Shown: positions 19,575 through 30,531, counted from the stretch's first letter. The stretch is 64,000 nucleotides of DNA from Thermoplasmatota archaeon (GCA_040751795.1 JBFMHR010000001.1:1-64000), one strand, 5' to 3'. Made by a program: numbers and translations. Notes: generated by a model from the letters alone, not told the origin.

Positions 19575-21047
19575 ATGAAGATGATAGGATTCCCGAAGGG
19601 AAAGGTCGCGTTCCGGATGTTCCAGGATGAGGACCTGGAATCGCTTCACTGGGGAACGTTGGATGTGCTTGAGAACGCAGGCATCAAGGTCATCAGCGAC
19701 GAGTGCCTGAAGCTGCTCGAGGACGCGGGATGCTCCGTCGACAGGAAGACGAGCGTCGCGAGGATCCCCGGCAACCTGGTCGAGGAGGCCATAAGGAAGG
19801 CCAAGAAGAACATCACGCTCTGCGCCAGGAACCCGAAATACGACGTCGTGCTCGACGGGAGGAGGACCTACTGCTGCACCGACGGCAACGGCACGAGCGT
19901 CATGGACTTCGACACAGGGAAGAGGAGGATGTCGACGAGCAAGGACCTGGCCATGGTCGGCAAGGTCGCGAACGCCCTCGACTCCGCCCACATCTTCTGG
20001 CCGTGCATAAGCTGCCAGGACATCCCCGACTACTACCGCCACGTGGCGGACCTGAAGGTCGCGCTATCCAGCATCGAGAAGCACGTGCAGGTCGAGACGA
20101 CCAGCCACAGGCGCGAGGCGCAGTGGCTCATCAAGCTCGGCGCGGCGTTGGCCGGGGACGAGAAGGCGCTCAGGAGGAGGCCCATATTCTCCTCGATGCA
20201 CTGCCCGTTCTCCCCGCTCCAGCTCGACGGTGGCTCCACCGAGGGCGCCCTCGCGCTCGCGCGCGCGGGAGTGCCGATATCGTTCTACGGCATGCCCCAG
20301 GCAGGCATAACCGGGCCTGTCACCCTGGCGGGCTCGATAATAGTGAACAACGCCGAGGTGCTCGGCGGCCTGACCATGGCCCAGCTGACGGCGCCCGGCT
20401 CCCCCTTCATGTACGGGACGGGCGGGGCAGCCTTCGACATGAAGACCATGACCTGGGCCGGCGGCGGCCCGGAGAGGGCCCTGATATCCGCGGGCGCGGG
20501 GGAGCTCGCGCACCACTACGGCTTCCCGATACTGTGCGGCGGCATAGTCACGTCCGCCAAGGTCCCGGGGCCGCAGTCCTGCTACGAGAAGATGTCGAGC
20601 GGCCTGCCCCAGTTCTACGCGGGCTGCGACATGGTGGCTGGCCTCGGCCTGCTCGATGACGTCACCATGCTCTCGTACGAGCAGATGGTCATCGACAACG
20701 AGATGGCCAAGATCATGGCGAGGCTCGCGCAGGGCGTCGTCGTCGACGACGACCATATGGCCATCGACCTCATCAAGAAGGTAGGCCCCGGAGGCAGCTT
20801 CCTGCCCGAGAGGCACACTATCTCGTGGCTCAGCAAGGAGCACTTCATGACCGAGATAACGGACCGCAGGACGGGCGAGCTCTGGGAGGCCGACGGGAGG
20901 AAGAGCGTCGTCGACCGCGCCCGCGAGAAGGCCGCGAAGATCATGAAGGAGCACCAGGTGCAGCCCGTGCCCAAGGACGTCGCCCAGCAGTTCGAGGGGA
21001 TCGTCGCCTCGGCCGAGAAGGACATCAAGCAACACGGCCTGGACTGA
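19575..21047 (+). CDS. MttB/MtgB superfamily methyltransferase (non-pyrrolysine)
   Basis: SPLQLD, GITGPVTLAGSI...NAEVLGG, GLGLLD...SYEQMVID, IKKVGPGGSFL; no in-frame TAG. Confidence 0.87.
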   Translation: MKMIGFPKGKVAFRMFQDEDLESLHWGTLDVLENAGIKVISDECLKLLEDAGCSVDRKTSVARIPGNLVEEAIRKAKKNITLCARNPKYDVVLDGRRTYCCTDGNGTSVMDFDTGKRRMSTSKDLAMVGKVANALDSAHIFWPCISCQDIPDYYRHVADLKVALSSIEKHVQVETTSHRREAQWLIKLGAALAGDEKALRRRPIFSSMHCPFSPLQLDGGSTEGALALARAGVPISFYGMPQAGITGPVTLAGSIIVNNAEVLGGLTMAQLTAPGSPFMYGTGGAAFDMKTMTWAGGGPERALISAGAGELAHHYGFPILCGGIVTSAKVPGPQSCYEKMSSGLPQFYAGCDMVAGLGLLDDVTMLSYEQMVIDNEMAKIMARLAQGVVVDDDHMAIDLIKKVGPGGSFLPERHTISWLSKEHFMTEITDRRTGELWEADGRKSVVDRAREKAAKIMKEHQVQPVPKDVAQQFEGIVASAEKDIKQHGLD

Positions 21048-21178
21048 GTGCCTCAACAAAGTCTATTAGCACAGACCAGCTTCGGGCTGGAGAGGAGGCG
21101 GAGCGCCCCTCCAGCCCCGAGAAACCCCTTCCAAGGGTGTTCCACTTGATACCTTCCGAGCTGGTACGCGACTTCGAG

Positions 21179-22093
21179 ATGCAGATGAAGGAGCTGCGCA
21201 TAGGGCGCACGCCCCTCAGACGCGCCCAGAAGCTGGAGAAGAAGCTCGGCCTCCGCAGGCTCCACCTCAAGGTCGAGGGGGAGAACCCGTCGGGCACCCA
21301 CAAAGACAGGATGGCCCTGCTGCTGGCGCTCGACGCGAGGAGCAAGGGGGTCAGGACCCTGGCGGCCGTGACGTGCGGCAACTACGGCGCGGCCCTGGCG
21401 TACGTCTGCGGCAAGCTCGACATGCAGTGCAAGGTGTACGTCCCATCCACCTTCGCCGCGACCAGGAACAAGGACATCGAGGCGTACGGCGGGGAAGTAG
21501 TCGTGGCGGAGGGGGACTACGAGGCCGCCCTCAACGCGTCCCTCAGGGACATCGAGAGGAACAGGTGGTACAACGCCAACCCCGGAGGGACGAACAAGGG
21601 GATCGGGGTCTACTCCTACTCGTTCATCGCCCGGGAGATCGCGCAGGAGCTGGGGAGGCAGCCCGACTGGGCCGCCGTCCCGTTCGGGAACGGGACCGTC
21701 CTCGCCGGCGTGTGGCAGGGGTTCAGGGCGATGAGCATGAAGCCCAGGATGCTCGCCTACTCCAACAACAACTCCGCCGTGCACGGCCTCGCCTGCAAGT
21801 CGCGGGACCCGGTCCCGGTCCCGGACCTCACCATCACCGAGGTCAACGAGCCGCTGTCGGGCAACTTCCTCCTCGACGACAGGGAGGGCATGGACGCCAT
21901 CCTCGAGTCGAACGGGGCCGCGTTCGAGATCGGCGACGAAGAGCTGGTCAAGGCCTCCAGGCTCATCAAGGCCGAGGAGGGGATGGACGTCCTCCCGGCA
22001 TCGGCCGGGGCCATCACCGCCATCAAGCTCCTCGACTCCAAGAACCACACCTTCGTGGCCGTCCTGACGGGGAGGGGCCACGGCCACGGCTGA
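21179..22093 (+). CDS. Threonine synthase-like PLP-dependent enzyme
   Basis: GRTPL, EGENPSGTHKDR, TCGNYG, VPFGNGT. Confidence 0.82.
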   Translation: MQMKELRIGRTPLRRAQKLEKKLGLRRLHLKVEGENPSGTHKDRMALLLALDARSKGVRTLAAVTCGNYGAALAYVCGKLDMQCKVYVPSTFAATRNKDIEAYGGEVVVAEGDYEAALNASLRDIERNRWYNANPGGTNKGIGVYSYSFIAREIAQELGRQPDWAAVPFGNGTVLAGVWQGFRAMSMKPRMLAYSNNNSAVHGLACKSRDPVPVPDLTITEVNEPLSGNFLLDDREGMDAILESNGAAFEIGDEELVKASRLIKAEEGMDVLPASAGAITAIKLLDSKNHTFVAVLTGRGHGHG

Positions 22094-22176
22094 GCGATGG
22101 ACAGAAGTGGGCACCGCCCCAGTGGACAGTCCAGTCCAACCAACATATTAATACATCAAGGTACATTGCCAGCCCG

Positions 22177-22263
22177 ATGGACGCAGCCGCAGGTCATGCA
22201 GCAACGCTTCTTCTCGTCGTGACCCTAGGGGTCCCCGTCGACCTGCGGATCGAAGGCCTTTGA
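22177..22263 (+). CDS. Putative ilv leader peptide MDAAAGHAATLLLVVTLGVPVDLRIEGL
   Basis: ATG ~24 nt after TATTAATA (22146-22153); 11 of 28 residues are L/V/I; lies immediately upstream of ilvB. Confidence 0.65.
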   Translation: MDAAAGHAATLLLVVTLGVPVDLRIEGL

Positions 22264-22328
22264 CGGGCACGCGACCTCTGGGGTGTTGTGATGTCCGTCG
22301 GGGCAATGTCAAGGAGTGTGAACAAACG

Positions 22329-24008
22329 ATGAAGGGCGCGAGGGCCACGGTCGAGCTGCTGGAGAGACAGAACGTGGATGTGATGTTCGGCATCCCCGGC
22401 GGCGTCCTTCTCCCCTTCTACGACGAGCTGGTGCAGTCGAGGATCAGGCACATCCTCGTCAGGCACGAGCAGTGCGCGGCCCACATGGCCGACGGCTACG
22501 CCAGGGTGTCGAAGCGCCCCGGCGTGTGCGTGGCCACCTCGGGACCGGGGGCGACGAACCTCGTGACAGGGGTCGCGACCGCGTTCATGGACTCCTCCCC
22601 GATCGTGGCGCTCACCGGGCAGGTGGCGACCGGCGTGCTGGGCAACGACGCGTTCCAGGAGGCCGACGCCTTCAGCCTCATGATGCCCATAACGAAGCAC
22701 AACTTCAGGGTCACGGACCCAAAGGACCTGGCCGAGACCGTGAACAAGGCGTTCATGATCGCCACCACAGGAAGGTACGGCCCCGTACACATAGACCTCC
22801 CGACCGACATTCTCACGTCCGAAATAGCCGAGGAGGACCTGTCGAAGACCGCGAGGGTCCCCAAGCCGAAGAGGAACCTCTCCGGCCTGCTCGACGCCAT
22901 CAAGCTCCTGGAGTCGGCGGAGCGGCCGACCATAATGGTCGGAGGCGGGGTGGCGTGGTCCAGGGCGGGAGGGGAGATAACCCGTCTCGCGGAGATACTC
23001 ATGGCCCCCATCGTGACGACCCTCATGGCGAAGGGCTCGGTCCCGGAGGACCACCCCCTCGTGCTCGGGGTGTGCGGCATGCACGGGAGGCAGGTCGCCA
23101 ACTACGCGCTCAACAACTGCGACGTCCTCCTTGCGATAGGCACCCGCTTCAGCGACAGGGTGACGGGCAAGCTCAGCGAGTTCGGGGCGAAGACGAAGGT
23201 CGTCCACGTCGACATCGACTCCTCCGAGATCGGGAAGAACGTCAAGGGGAGGGTCGGGCTGGTGGGCGACGCCTGGACGGTCGTGAACGCCCTCATCGCA
23301 GGCCTCCAGAAGAGGAAGAAGAAGGACACCTGGATGGAGCGCATGAAGGCCCTCAACAGGGAGTGCTCCTGCGACTACGACCTGAGGTCGGACCCGATCA
23401 AGCCCCAGAAGGTCGTCCACGAGCTGTCGAAGAACCTCCCCGCCGACGCGATAGTGACCACGGAGGTGGGGCAGAACCAGATGTGGGCCTCCCACTTCTA
23501 CAAGTGCTACGGGAAGAGGATGTTCATCACATCCGGCGGGCTGGGCACCATGGGCTTCGGGTTCCCCGCCGCCCTCGGCGCGAAGCTGGCCCGCCCTGAG
23601 AGCGTCGTCGTGGACATCGCGGGGGACGGGAGCCTCCAGATGGTCTCGCACGAGTTCGCCACGGCGGTGGAGAACGACATACCGGTCGTGGTGTGCCTGC
23701 TCAACAACGGGTGGCTGGGCATGGTCAAGCAGTGGCAGAAGCACTTCTACGGCTCGAGGTACATGGCCACCAAGTTCAGCGGGACCCCGGATTTCGTGAA
23801 GCTCGCGGAGGCGTACGGCGCCGAGGCGCTCAGGGTGGAGAGGCACTCGGAGGTCGCGGAGGCCGTCAAGAGGGCGGCGAGGTGCGATGTCCCGATGCTC
23901 CTCGACTTCGCCGTGGACCCTGAGGAGGACGTCCTCCCCATGACGCCGCCGGGGAAGAGGTCCTCTGAGTGCATCAAGGGCAGGTGCCAGTGGAAAGGAG
24001 GTGCGTGA
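22329..24008 (+). CDS. ilvB: Acetolactate synthase large subunit
   Basis: GIPGG, RHEQCAAHMADGYAR, TSGPGATN, GDGS...NN TPP motif. Confidence 0.96.
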   Translation: MKGARATVELLERQNVDVMFGIPGGVLLPFYDELVQSRIRHILVRHEQCAAHMADGYARVSKRPGVCVATSGPGATNLVTGVATAFMDSSPIVALTGQVATGVLGNDAFQEADAFSLMMPITKHNFRVTDPKDLAETVNKAFMIATTGRYGPVHIDLPTDILTSEIAEEDLSKTARVPKPKRNLSGLLDAIKLLESAERPTIMVGGGVAWSRAGGEITRLAEILMAPIVTTLMAKGSVPEDHPLVLGVCGMHGRQVANYALNNCDVLLAIGTRFSDRVTGKLSEFGAKTKVVHVDIDSSEIGKNVKGRVGLVGDAWTVVNALIAGLQKRKKKDTWMERMKALNRECSCDYDLRSDPIKPQKVVHELSKNLPADAIVTTEVGQNQMWASHFYKCYGKRMFITSGGLGTMGFGFPAALGAKLARPESVVVDIAGDGSLQMVSHEFATAVENDIPVVVCLLNNGWLGMVKQWQKHFYGSRYMATKFSGTPDFVKLAEAYGAEALRVERHSEVAEAVKRAARCDVPMLLDFAVDPEEDVLPMTPPGKRSSECIKGRCQWKGGA

Positions 24009-24371
24009 ATGGAAGTGCTGATGCTGCTGGTGTACGACCAGCCCGGGGTCATGCAGAGGGTCATGGGCGAGTTCACCAGAAAGCGGATAAACGTGGAGAC
24101 CATCGTGGTCGGCAAGTGCGAGATGCCAGGGAGGGCCAGGATAGTCCTCTCCGTCGAGAGCAGGGAGAGAGCGATGAACGTCATCGAGCACCTCAGGGCG
24201 CTGCAGGAGGTCATCGAGGCCGACCTGGTCGCCCCCGAGAGGCACGAGGCATACGCGGTCCTCCTGGGGAAGGACGGCATCTGCAGGGTCACGGGCACGG
24301 TCGACGAGGTGGAGGCCCTGATCAAGAAGAGCCAGCCTCAGAGATACATAGAGGCGATGAACGCGATATGA
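24009..24371 (+). CDS. ilvN: Acetolactate synthase regulatory (ACT) subunit
   Basis: DQPGVMQRV...RINVETI ACT motif; directly follows ilvB. Confidence 0.85.
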   Translation: MEVLMLLVYDQPGVMQRVMGEFTRKRINVETIVVGKCEMPGRARIVLSVESRERAMNVIEHLRALQEVIEADLVAPERHEAYAVLLGKDGICRVTGTVDEVEALIKKSQPQRYIEAMNAI

Positions 24372-24387
24372 CGTGGGAGTGGTGACA

Positions 24388-25368
24388 ATGGCAAGGATGT
24401 ACTACAACAAGGACGCGAACCTCAACGTGCTGAAGGGGAAGAAGGTCGCGGTCGTAGGGTACGGCATACAGGGCAGGGCTCAGTCCCTGTGCCTCAGGGA
24501 CAGCGGCGTGGACGTGGTCGTGGGGCTGAAGTTCAGGGACGACTACTGGAAGCAGGCCAAGGCCGACAAGATGGAGATCATGGACATACCGGAGGCGGTC
24601 AGGGCCGCCGACATAGTCATGATGCTCATCCCGGACGAGGTCCAGAAGGCGGTTTACGACGCAGACGTCGCGCCCAACCTGAAGGAGGGCATGACACTGG
24701 ACTTCGCCCACGGGTTCAACATCCACTTCAAGCTGATAGTCCCGCCGAAGGACGTGGACGTCATCATGGTGGCGCCCAAGGGCCCCGGCGCCCTCGTGAG
24801 GGACACGTTCGTGGCGGGGGACGGCGTCCCCGCGCTCATAGCGGTCCACCAGGACCACACGGGCAGGGCCAAGAAGACGGCGCTCGCGATGGCCAAGGGC
24901 CTCGGCGCGACGAACCGCGGGGTCATCGAGACCACCTTCAAGGAGGAGACGGAGACGGACCTGTTCGGCGAGCAGGCGGACCTATGCGGAGGCGCCAGCG
25001 AGCTGGTCAAGAAGTCCTTCGAGGTGCTGGTCGAGGCCGGCTACCAGCCTGAGATAGCCTACTTCGAGGTGCTCCACGAGCTCAAGCTCATCATCGACCT
25101 GGTCCAGAAGGGCGGGGTCGAGGGGATGTGGGACAACGTCTCCAACACCGCCGAGTACGGCGGCAGGACCCGGGGCCCCAGGATCATCGACGCACGCGTG
25201 AAGGAGAGCATGAGGGCCGTCCTGAAGGACGTCCAGTCGGGCGCCTTCGCCAAGGAGTGGGTCGAGGAGTGCAACTCGGGGCTGCCGACGCTGACCAAGC
25301 TGAGGAATGAGGGCGAGAAGTCCCAGATCGAGGTCGTCGGCAGGTCCATCAGGAAGATGTTCAAGTAG
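24388..25368 (+). CDS. ilvC: Ketol-acid reductoisomerase
   Basis: GYGIQG, FAHGFNIH, MVAPKGPG, ETETDLFGEQ. Confidence 0.96.
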   Translation: MARMYYNKDANLNVLKGKKVAVVGYGIQGRAQSLCLRDSGVDVVVGLKFRDDYWKQAKADKMEIMDIPEAVRAADIVMMLIPDEVQKAVYDADVAPNLKEGMTLDFAHGFNIHFKLIVPPKDVDVIMVAPKGPGALVRDTFVAGDGVPALIAVHQDHTGRAKKTALAMAKGLGATNRGVIETTFKEETETDLFGEQADLCGGASELVKKSFEVLVEAGYQPEIAYFEVLHELKLIIDLVQKGGVEGMWDNVSNTAEYGGRTRGPRIIDARVKESMRAVLKDVQSGAFAKEWVEECNSGLPTLTKLRNEGEKSQIEVVGRSIRKMFK

Positions 25369-25431
25369 CGGTCGCGGCAAAAGGCATAGATACCAGGCGG
25401 CCGTTTTTGTACGTCGAGGCAGGCGGGCAAC

Positions 25432-26223
25432 GTGGAGTGCTGCATTCCAAAGGGCAGGCGGCTCGGGAGGTTCGATGGGCCCGACGGGGTCTTCATGGGC
25501 CTCGTCGACGGCGGCGAGGTCGAGGCCACCCAGGCTCGGGACTTCTCGGGAGTGCTCATGCACGGGTGCCGCCCCACGGGCAGGGTGCACCGCCTCGACG
25601 GCCTGCGCACGCTCCCGCCGGTCCACAGGCCGTCCAAGATCATCTGCATAGGGCTCAACTACCGCAGCCACATCAGGGAGATGGGCTGGGACACGCCCAA
25701 GGTGCCCATCATATTCACCAAACCGTCCTCGGCCATAGTGGGGCCTGGCGACGGGATAGTGATCCCGCCGGCATCGTCCAGGGTGGACTTCGAGGGCGAG
25801 TCCGCGTTCATCGTCGGGAGCAGGGCGAAGGACGCCTCCGACGGGGCGGGCCACATACTGGGTTACACATGCCTGAACGACGTCACCGCCCGGGACCTGC
25901 AGAAGACCGATCCGGACTGGACGAGGGCGAAGGGGTTCGACACCTTCGCGCCGATCGGCCCGTTCGTATCCGCGGCGGCGCCGTCGAGGGTCGAGACCCG
26001 CCTGAACGGGAAGGTCGTCCAGGGCTCCCCCCTCTCGGACAGGGTGTTCGGTGACGCGGAGCTGGTGGAGTACATATCGACGGTGATGACCCTCGAGCCC
26101 GGAGACGTCGTCGCCACGGGGACCCCGTCGGGGATCGCCCCGATGAAGGCCGGCGACGTCGTCGAGGTGGAGCTCGACGGGGTCGGGTGCCTGAGAAACC
26201 CGGTCGTCGCGAGGCGGCCGTGA
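25432..26223 (+). CDS. Fumarylacetoacetate hydrolase family protein
   Basis: KIICIGLNY, DFEGE, NDVTARDLQ, AKGFDTF, TGTPSG; start uncertain. Confidence 0.9.
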   Translation: MECCIPKGRRLGRFDGPDGVFMGLVDGGEVEATQARDFSGVLMHGCRPTGRVHRLDGLRTLPPVHRPSKIICIGLNYRSHIREMGWDTPKVPIIFTKPSSAIVGPGDGIVIPPASSRVDFEGESAFIVGSRAKDASDGAGHILGYTCLNDVTARDLQKTDPDWTRAKGFDTFAPIGPFVSAAAPSRVETRLNGKVVQGSPLSDRVFGDAELVEYISTVMTLEPGDVVATGTPSGIAPMKAGDVVEVELDGVGCLRNPVVARRP

Positions 26224-26241
26224 GGAAGGAGGACGGATGAC

Positions 26242-27165
26242 ATGGCGATAGAGCCGAGTGAGAGGATCTGGAAGAACGGCCAGCTGATACCGTGGAAGGA
26301 CGCGACCGTGCACGTGCTCACGCACGGGCTCCATTACGGGACCGGCGCGTTCGAGGGGATAAGGTGCTACGCGACCGACGGCGGGCCTGCGGTCTTCAGG
26401 CTCAGGGACCACATGGTGCGGCTCCACACCTCCGCGAAGGCGATCCAGATGAGGATACCCTACACGGTCGACCAGCTCTGCGAGGCGGCCAAGGAGACGG
26501 TCAGGACCAACGGGCTCTCCTCCTGCTACATACGCCCCATCGCGTTCTTCGGCGTCCTCGGCATCGGCGTCAACCCGATAGGCTACCCGGTCGAGACGTT
26601 CATAGTGGCGTTCCCGATGGGCGCCTACCTCGGCGACGAGGGCATGAGGAAGGGCATACGGGTGCACACGTCGTCCTGGCACAGGGCGCCTGTCGGCTCC
26701 GTCCCGTCGACGGCGAAGATCTGCGGCGACTACCTGAACAGCGCCCTCGCGGTCATGGAGGCCAAGATGAACGGCTTCGAGGAGACCGTCATGCTCAACG
26801 ACCTGCACATGGTCGCGGAGGGCTCCGGCGAGAACATATTCATGGTCAAGGGCGGGACGATATTCACTCCCCCGGCCAACGCGGGGATCCTCCCCGGGAT
26901 AACGAGGGACTCGGTCATGACGGTGGCCAGGGACCTCGGGCACGAGGTCGTCGAGAGGAACTTCTCGAGGGGCGAGCTCTTCATGGCGGACGAGCTGTTC
27001 TTCACCGGGACCGCCGCCGAGGTGACCCCCATCAGGGAGGTCGACAGGCGGCAGGTGGGGGAGGGTGTGCCCGGGCCGGTCACGCTGGAGGTCCAGAGGA
27101 CCTACCTCGACGCGGTCAAGGGCAAGCTGGATAGGTACCGCGGCTGGCTGGACCCGGTGCGCTGA
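26242..27165 (+). CDS. ilvE: Branched-chain amino acid aminotransferase
   Basis: LHYGTGAFEGIR, EGSGENIF, ILPGITR, FTGTAAEVTP. Confidence 0.95.
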   Translation: MAIEPSERIWKNGQLIPWKDATVHVLTHGLHYGTGAFEGIRCYATDGGPAVFRLRDHMVRLHTSAKAIQMRIPYTVDQLCEAAKETVRTNGLSSCYIRPIAFFGVLGIGVNPIGYPVETFIVAFPMGAYLGDEGMRKGIRVHTSSWHRAPVGSVPSTAKICGDYLNSALAVMEAKMNGFEETVMLNDLHMVAEGSGENIFMVKGGTIFTPPANAGILPGITRDSVMTVARDLGHEVVERNFSRGELFMADELFFTGTAAEVTPIREVDRRQVGEGVPGPVTLEVQRTYLDAVKGKLDRYRGWLDPVR

Positions 27166-27232
27166 GGGCCGGAGGGCAACCAATAAATACTCGCCCGGAC
27201 CATACATCGTCTGACGATTGTCATACGAAGGG

Positions 27233-27526
27233 ATGGGCGAGATGACAGCGTACACGTTGGAAGATCTCGTGAGCCAGGCTGAGTCCGGAGGGGTCACCCT
27301 CGCCGACGTCCTCTCGTCGAAGCTCTCTGCGGAGGACCTCGACAGGATGCAGGGCGAGCTCGGCAGGATGATGTCCGAGAACTACAGGTCCATAGAGGGT
27401 TTCATGTCCGGCGTGGATGTGGCCAGCATGGCCGATTTCACCGAGCTGTCCCCGGCGGACCTCGACGAGGCGGAGGCCCTGATCAGGGCCGCACTGTCGG
27501 ACGATGCGGCCCTCGCCCGCTGCTGA
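27233..27526 (+). CDS. Small acidic hypothetical protein
   Basis: ORF with host-like codon usage and an upstream AT-rich promoter-like segment. Confidence 0.6.
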   Translation: MGEMTAYTLEDLVSQAESGGVTLADVLSSKLSAEDLDRMQGELGRMMSENYRSIEGFMSGVDVASMADFTELSPADLDEAEALIRAALSDDAALARC

Positions 27527-27529
27527 GGG

Positions 27530-28357
27530 CTAGTCGACCCTCCTGAATATCCTGTTCTCTGCGTCGACCAGCATGTAGTGGTTCCTGGGCCCGCCGACCA
27601 TGGACTCCGTCCTGCCGAGCATGAGGTGGCCGCCCGGCCGCAGCGACCGGTACAGGTTCATGACGACCTTGTCGTGCATGGGCCTCGAGAAGTAGATGAG
27701 CACGTTCCTGCAGACGACGACGTCGAAGAACCTCGACCTCGGCTCGTCCAGGAGGTTCTCCTGGACCAGCCTCACCCTCCTCCTGAGGGCCTCGCCCACC
27801 GAGAACGAGTCCCCCTCCTCGACGAAGTACTCGCGGAGGTAGTGGAGCGGGACCCTGCCCACCTGCTCCTTGGTGTAGACGCCCCTGCGGGCGAAGGCCA
27901 GGGCGGTCTTCGAGAGGTCGCCCCCCGTCACGACCCCCATTATGTTCTCGTTGCTCCCGGCCCTCCTGAGCTCCTGGTCGAGGCAGATCGCGATGGTGTA
28001 CATCTCCTGGCCGGTCGCGCACCCGGCGCTCCATATCCTGACCATCCCCCCTGCGCCCATCTTGGAGCGGATGACGGGCCTGAGCACCTTCTCCGAGAGG
28101 GCCTCGAACGCGCCTTCGTCCCTGAAGAAGTCGGTGACGTTGATGGAGAGGGCGGCGATCAGCTCGTTGGTCTCCTCCTCGCTCGCCCGGAGGAGCCTGA
28201 CGTAGTCCGCCAGGTCCGCAGTCCCGGCGCGCCCCATCCGCTTCCTCACGCTCCTCAGCACGAACGTGCCCGAGTAGCCGCTGACGTCCAGCTCCCTTGC
28301 CTTGAGGAGGTGGAGCCTGACGGACTCCAGCAGCTTCGCGTCTGGGCCTTCCATCAC
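27530..28357 (-). CDS. cheR: Chemotaxis methyltransferase CheR
   Basis: [30 protein letters not shown]. Confidence 0.95.
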   Translation of the reverse strand: MMEGPDAKLLESVRLHLLKARELDVSGYSGTFVLRSVRKRMGRAGTADLADYVRLLRASEEETNELIAALSINVTDFFRDEGAFEALSEKVLRPVIRSKMGAGGMVRIWSAGCATGQEMYTIAICLDQELRRAGSNENIMGVVTGGDLSKTALAFARRGVYTKEQVGRVPLHYLREYFVEEGDSFSVGEALRRRVRLVQENLLDEPRSRFFDVVVCRNVLIYFSRPMHDKVVMNLYRSLRPGGHLMLGRTESMVGGPRNHYMLVDAENRIFRRVD

Positions 28358-28548
28358 ACCGGTTCCATGGGCCTCAGGTTAGATATTCCCTTGCATCGCC
28401 ACGGGCCGCGCCATCATCACTCATGAGACCGGAGACGACATATTATTATATGGGCCAACCCGATTTTGACCTACATGCGAGAGCGTACCCCGTCCAGCAC
28501 AGGCTCCGGACGTGGCCGCCCCCGCCCGCGCGTCCTGCAGGTGATTGC

Positions 28549-30531
28549 TTGAGGCTCTCCCTTACCCTCAAACTGGTAGCCGTGATGATGGTCCTGGCCC
28601 TCGTCCCCATCGTGGGAATCAGCATGATCTCGATAGAGGGGCTCAACGACACGAAGGGGGACGTCGAGGTCCTCTACTCCGAGAACCTGGTCGTCGTCTC
28701 GAAGATAGCCGAGGCGACGAGGACCCTGGCGAACGCCGAGAGCGACATAATCCTCGCCTACACATACTACGGGACGACCGAGGCCAACCTCTACTACAAC
28801 TCCTACACGACCGAGCGCACCAGGTTCACCAGCTTCCTCTCGACGTTCAGCTCGACGTACTCGTACGAGGCGCTGCCCTCGATGCCGGACATACTCGCCG
28901 GCCAGGGAAGGACCGACCTGCTGGACGACCAGGCCGATGTCTACGACACCATCGCGTCCGAATGGAACGTCTTCATACTGGCGGTCGACCTGACATGGGA
29001 GAACCTCCAGGACGGACAACCCTCGCTCGCGCAGGCGGCCATGGAGAACGCGACGGCAAGCATGGACATGGTGAACGAGGGGATGGACGGCCTCATCGAG
29101 ATCTGCGTGGACGGCGCGGCCCTCATGGAGGAGGTGGCCGCGGAGACATTGAAGCAGAGCTACTTCTGGACCCTGGTGGGAGGCGCGTCAGTGGCGGTCA
29201 TCATATCCGCCGCCGCGCTGATGCTCTCCGTCCTGGTGACGGGCCCCATAGTCCACGTGTCCAAGGCGGCGAACAAGATCGCCGAGGGCGACTTCTCCGC
29301 AAGGCTCACCATCAAGCCGAGCAAGGACGAGATAGGCGACCTCGTGATCGCCATGAACATGCTCATCGACAACACATCTCAGCCGCTCCAGAGGCTCACT
29401 GAGAGCGCCCAGGCCATCGCAGACGGCGACTTCACCAAGGACATCGACTTCCAGGCGAAGGGGGACATGTCCAAGCTCGTCGACAGCTTCAGGAGGATGA
29501 GGACCGCCCTGATCAAGCTCACGGAGCAGATCCAGCTCACCTCCAAGTCGCTGAGGGAGTCGTCCGCCATGCTGGCGGAGACCGCCAAGCACATGACGGA
29601 CGCCACGCAGCAGGTGTCGTCGTCCATGACCCAGACGTCGAAGGGGGCCCAGATACAGGCCGCGAAGGTCGACGAGATGGTCAGGATGCTCGGGGAGCAG
29701 ACCAAGGCGATCTACGACGTCGTCCAGAGCTCCCAGAACGCCGCGAGGGCCTCCGAGGACGCCAGCGACGTGGCCCAGAGGGGCAGCAGGTCGGCCGAGG
29801 ACGCCCTCCAGCGCATCAAGAGCCTCCTCAGGAGCGTCGAGGAGACCGCGGAGGCGATGAACCAGCTGACCAAGAAGTCCCAGGAGATCTCGCAGATAGT
29901 GATGATCATCAGCAACATCGCACAGCAGACCAACCTCCTCTCCCTGAACGCCGCCATCGAGGCGGCGAGGGCGGGGGAGCACGGCAGGGGTTTCGCCGTC
30001 GTCGCGGACGAGGTCAGGAAGCTCGCGGAGGGCTCGAGGAAGGCCGCGGGGCAGATACAGTCGCTCATAGAGTCGGTGGAGAAGGACATCACCGACAGCA
30101 CCCACAAGATGGACCAGACGCGCGTGAGCGTGTCGGAGGGCACCAGGACGGTGTCCGAGGCGCTGAAGTCGCTGGAGGACATAGCGGCCACGGTCCAGGA
30201 GACGGCGGCCATGGTCCAGGAGATAAGCGCCTCGACCCAGCAGCAGAAGGCCCTCACGGAGAGCCTCGCGAGGAGCCTCGACGAGGTCGCGAGCATCGCG
30301 AACGAGACCTCCTCCTCGGCCGAGGAGGTCTCCGCGTCGTCCGAGGAGGTCGCCGCGGGCATGGAGGAGCTCACCGCGTCGGCGCAGGACCTGGCGGACC
30401 TCGCGAGCACCCTCAACAAGATCACGAGGAACCTCGCGACCATGGCCGCGGCCGAGGTGAGGGAGCGCAGGGTCAAGGCCCCGCCCGCCGAGCCCGAGGA
30501 GCCCGCAGAAGAGCCGGAGGGTGCCGACTGA
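28549..30531 (+). CDS. Methyl-accepting chemotaxis protein (2 TM, 2 HAMP)
   Basis: [38 protein letters not shown]; probable TTG start after a GGTGA SD. Confidence 0.95.
   Translation: MRLSLTLKLVAVMMVLALVPIVGISMISIEGLNDTKGDVEVLYSENLVVVSKIAEATRTLANAESDIILAYTYYGTTEANLYYNSYTTERTRFTSFLSTFSSTYSYEALPSMPDILAGQGRTDLLDDQADVYDTIASEWNVFILAVDLTWENLQDGQPSLAQAAMENATASMDMVNEGMDGLIEICVDGAALMEEVAAETLKQSYFWTLVGGASVAVIISAAALMLSVLVTGPIVHVSKAANKIAEGDFSARLTIKPSKDEIGDLVIAMNMLIDNTSQPLQRLTESAQAIADGDFTKDIDFQAKGDMSKLVDSFRRMRTALIKLTEQIQLTSKSLRESSAMLAETAKHMTDATQQVSSSMTQTSKGAQIQAAKVDEMVRMLGEQTKAIYDVVQSSQNAARASEDASDVAQRGSRSAEDALQRIKSLLRSVEETAEAMNQLTKKSQEISQIVMIISNIAQQTNLLSLNAAIEAARAGEHGRGFAVVADEVRKLAEGSRKAAGQIQSLIESVEKDITDSTHKMDQTRVSVSEGTRTVSEALKSLEDIAATVQETAAMVQEISASTQQQKALTESLARSLDEVASIANETSSSAEEVSASSEEVAAGMEELTASAQDLADLASTLNKITRNLATMAAAEVRERRVKAPPAEPEEPAEEPEGAD

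Noticed and set aside
19575-21047. Pyrrolysine read-through
   Set aside because: No in-frame TAG in the MttB-like gene.
21083-21119. GC-rich hairpin between the mttB-like and PLP enzyme genes
   Set aside because: A single hairpin with no U-tract or repeat copies; probably a generic stability or termination element.
22194-27297. Very long antisense ORFs (683 and 771 aa)
   Set aside because: Expected stop-codon scarcity opposite high-GC3 genes; no recognisable motifs.
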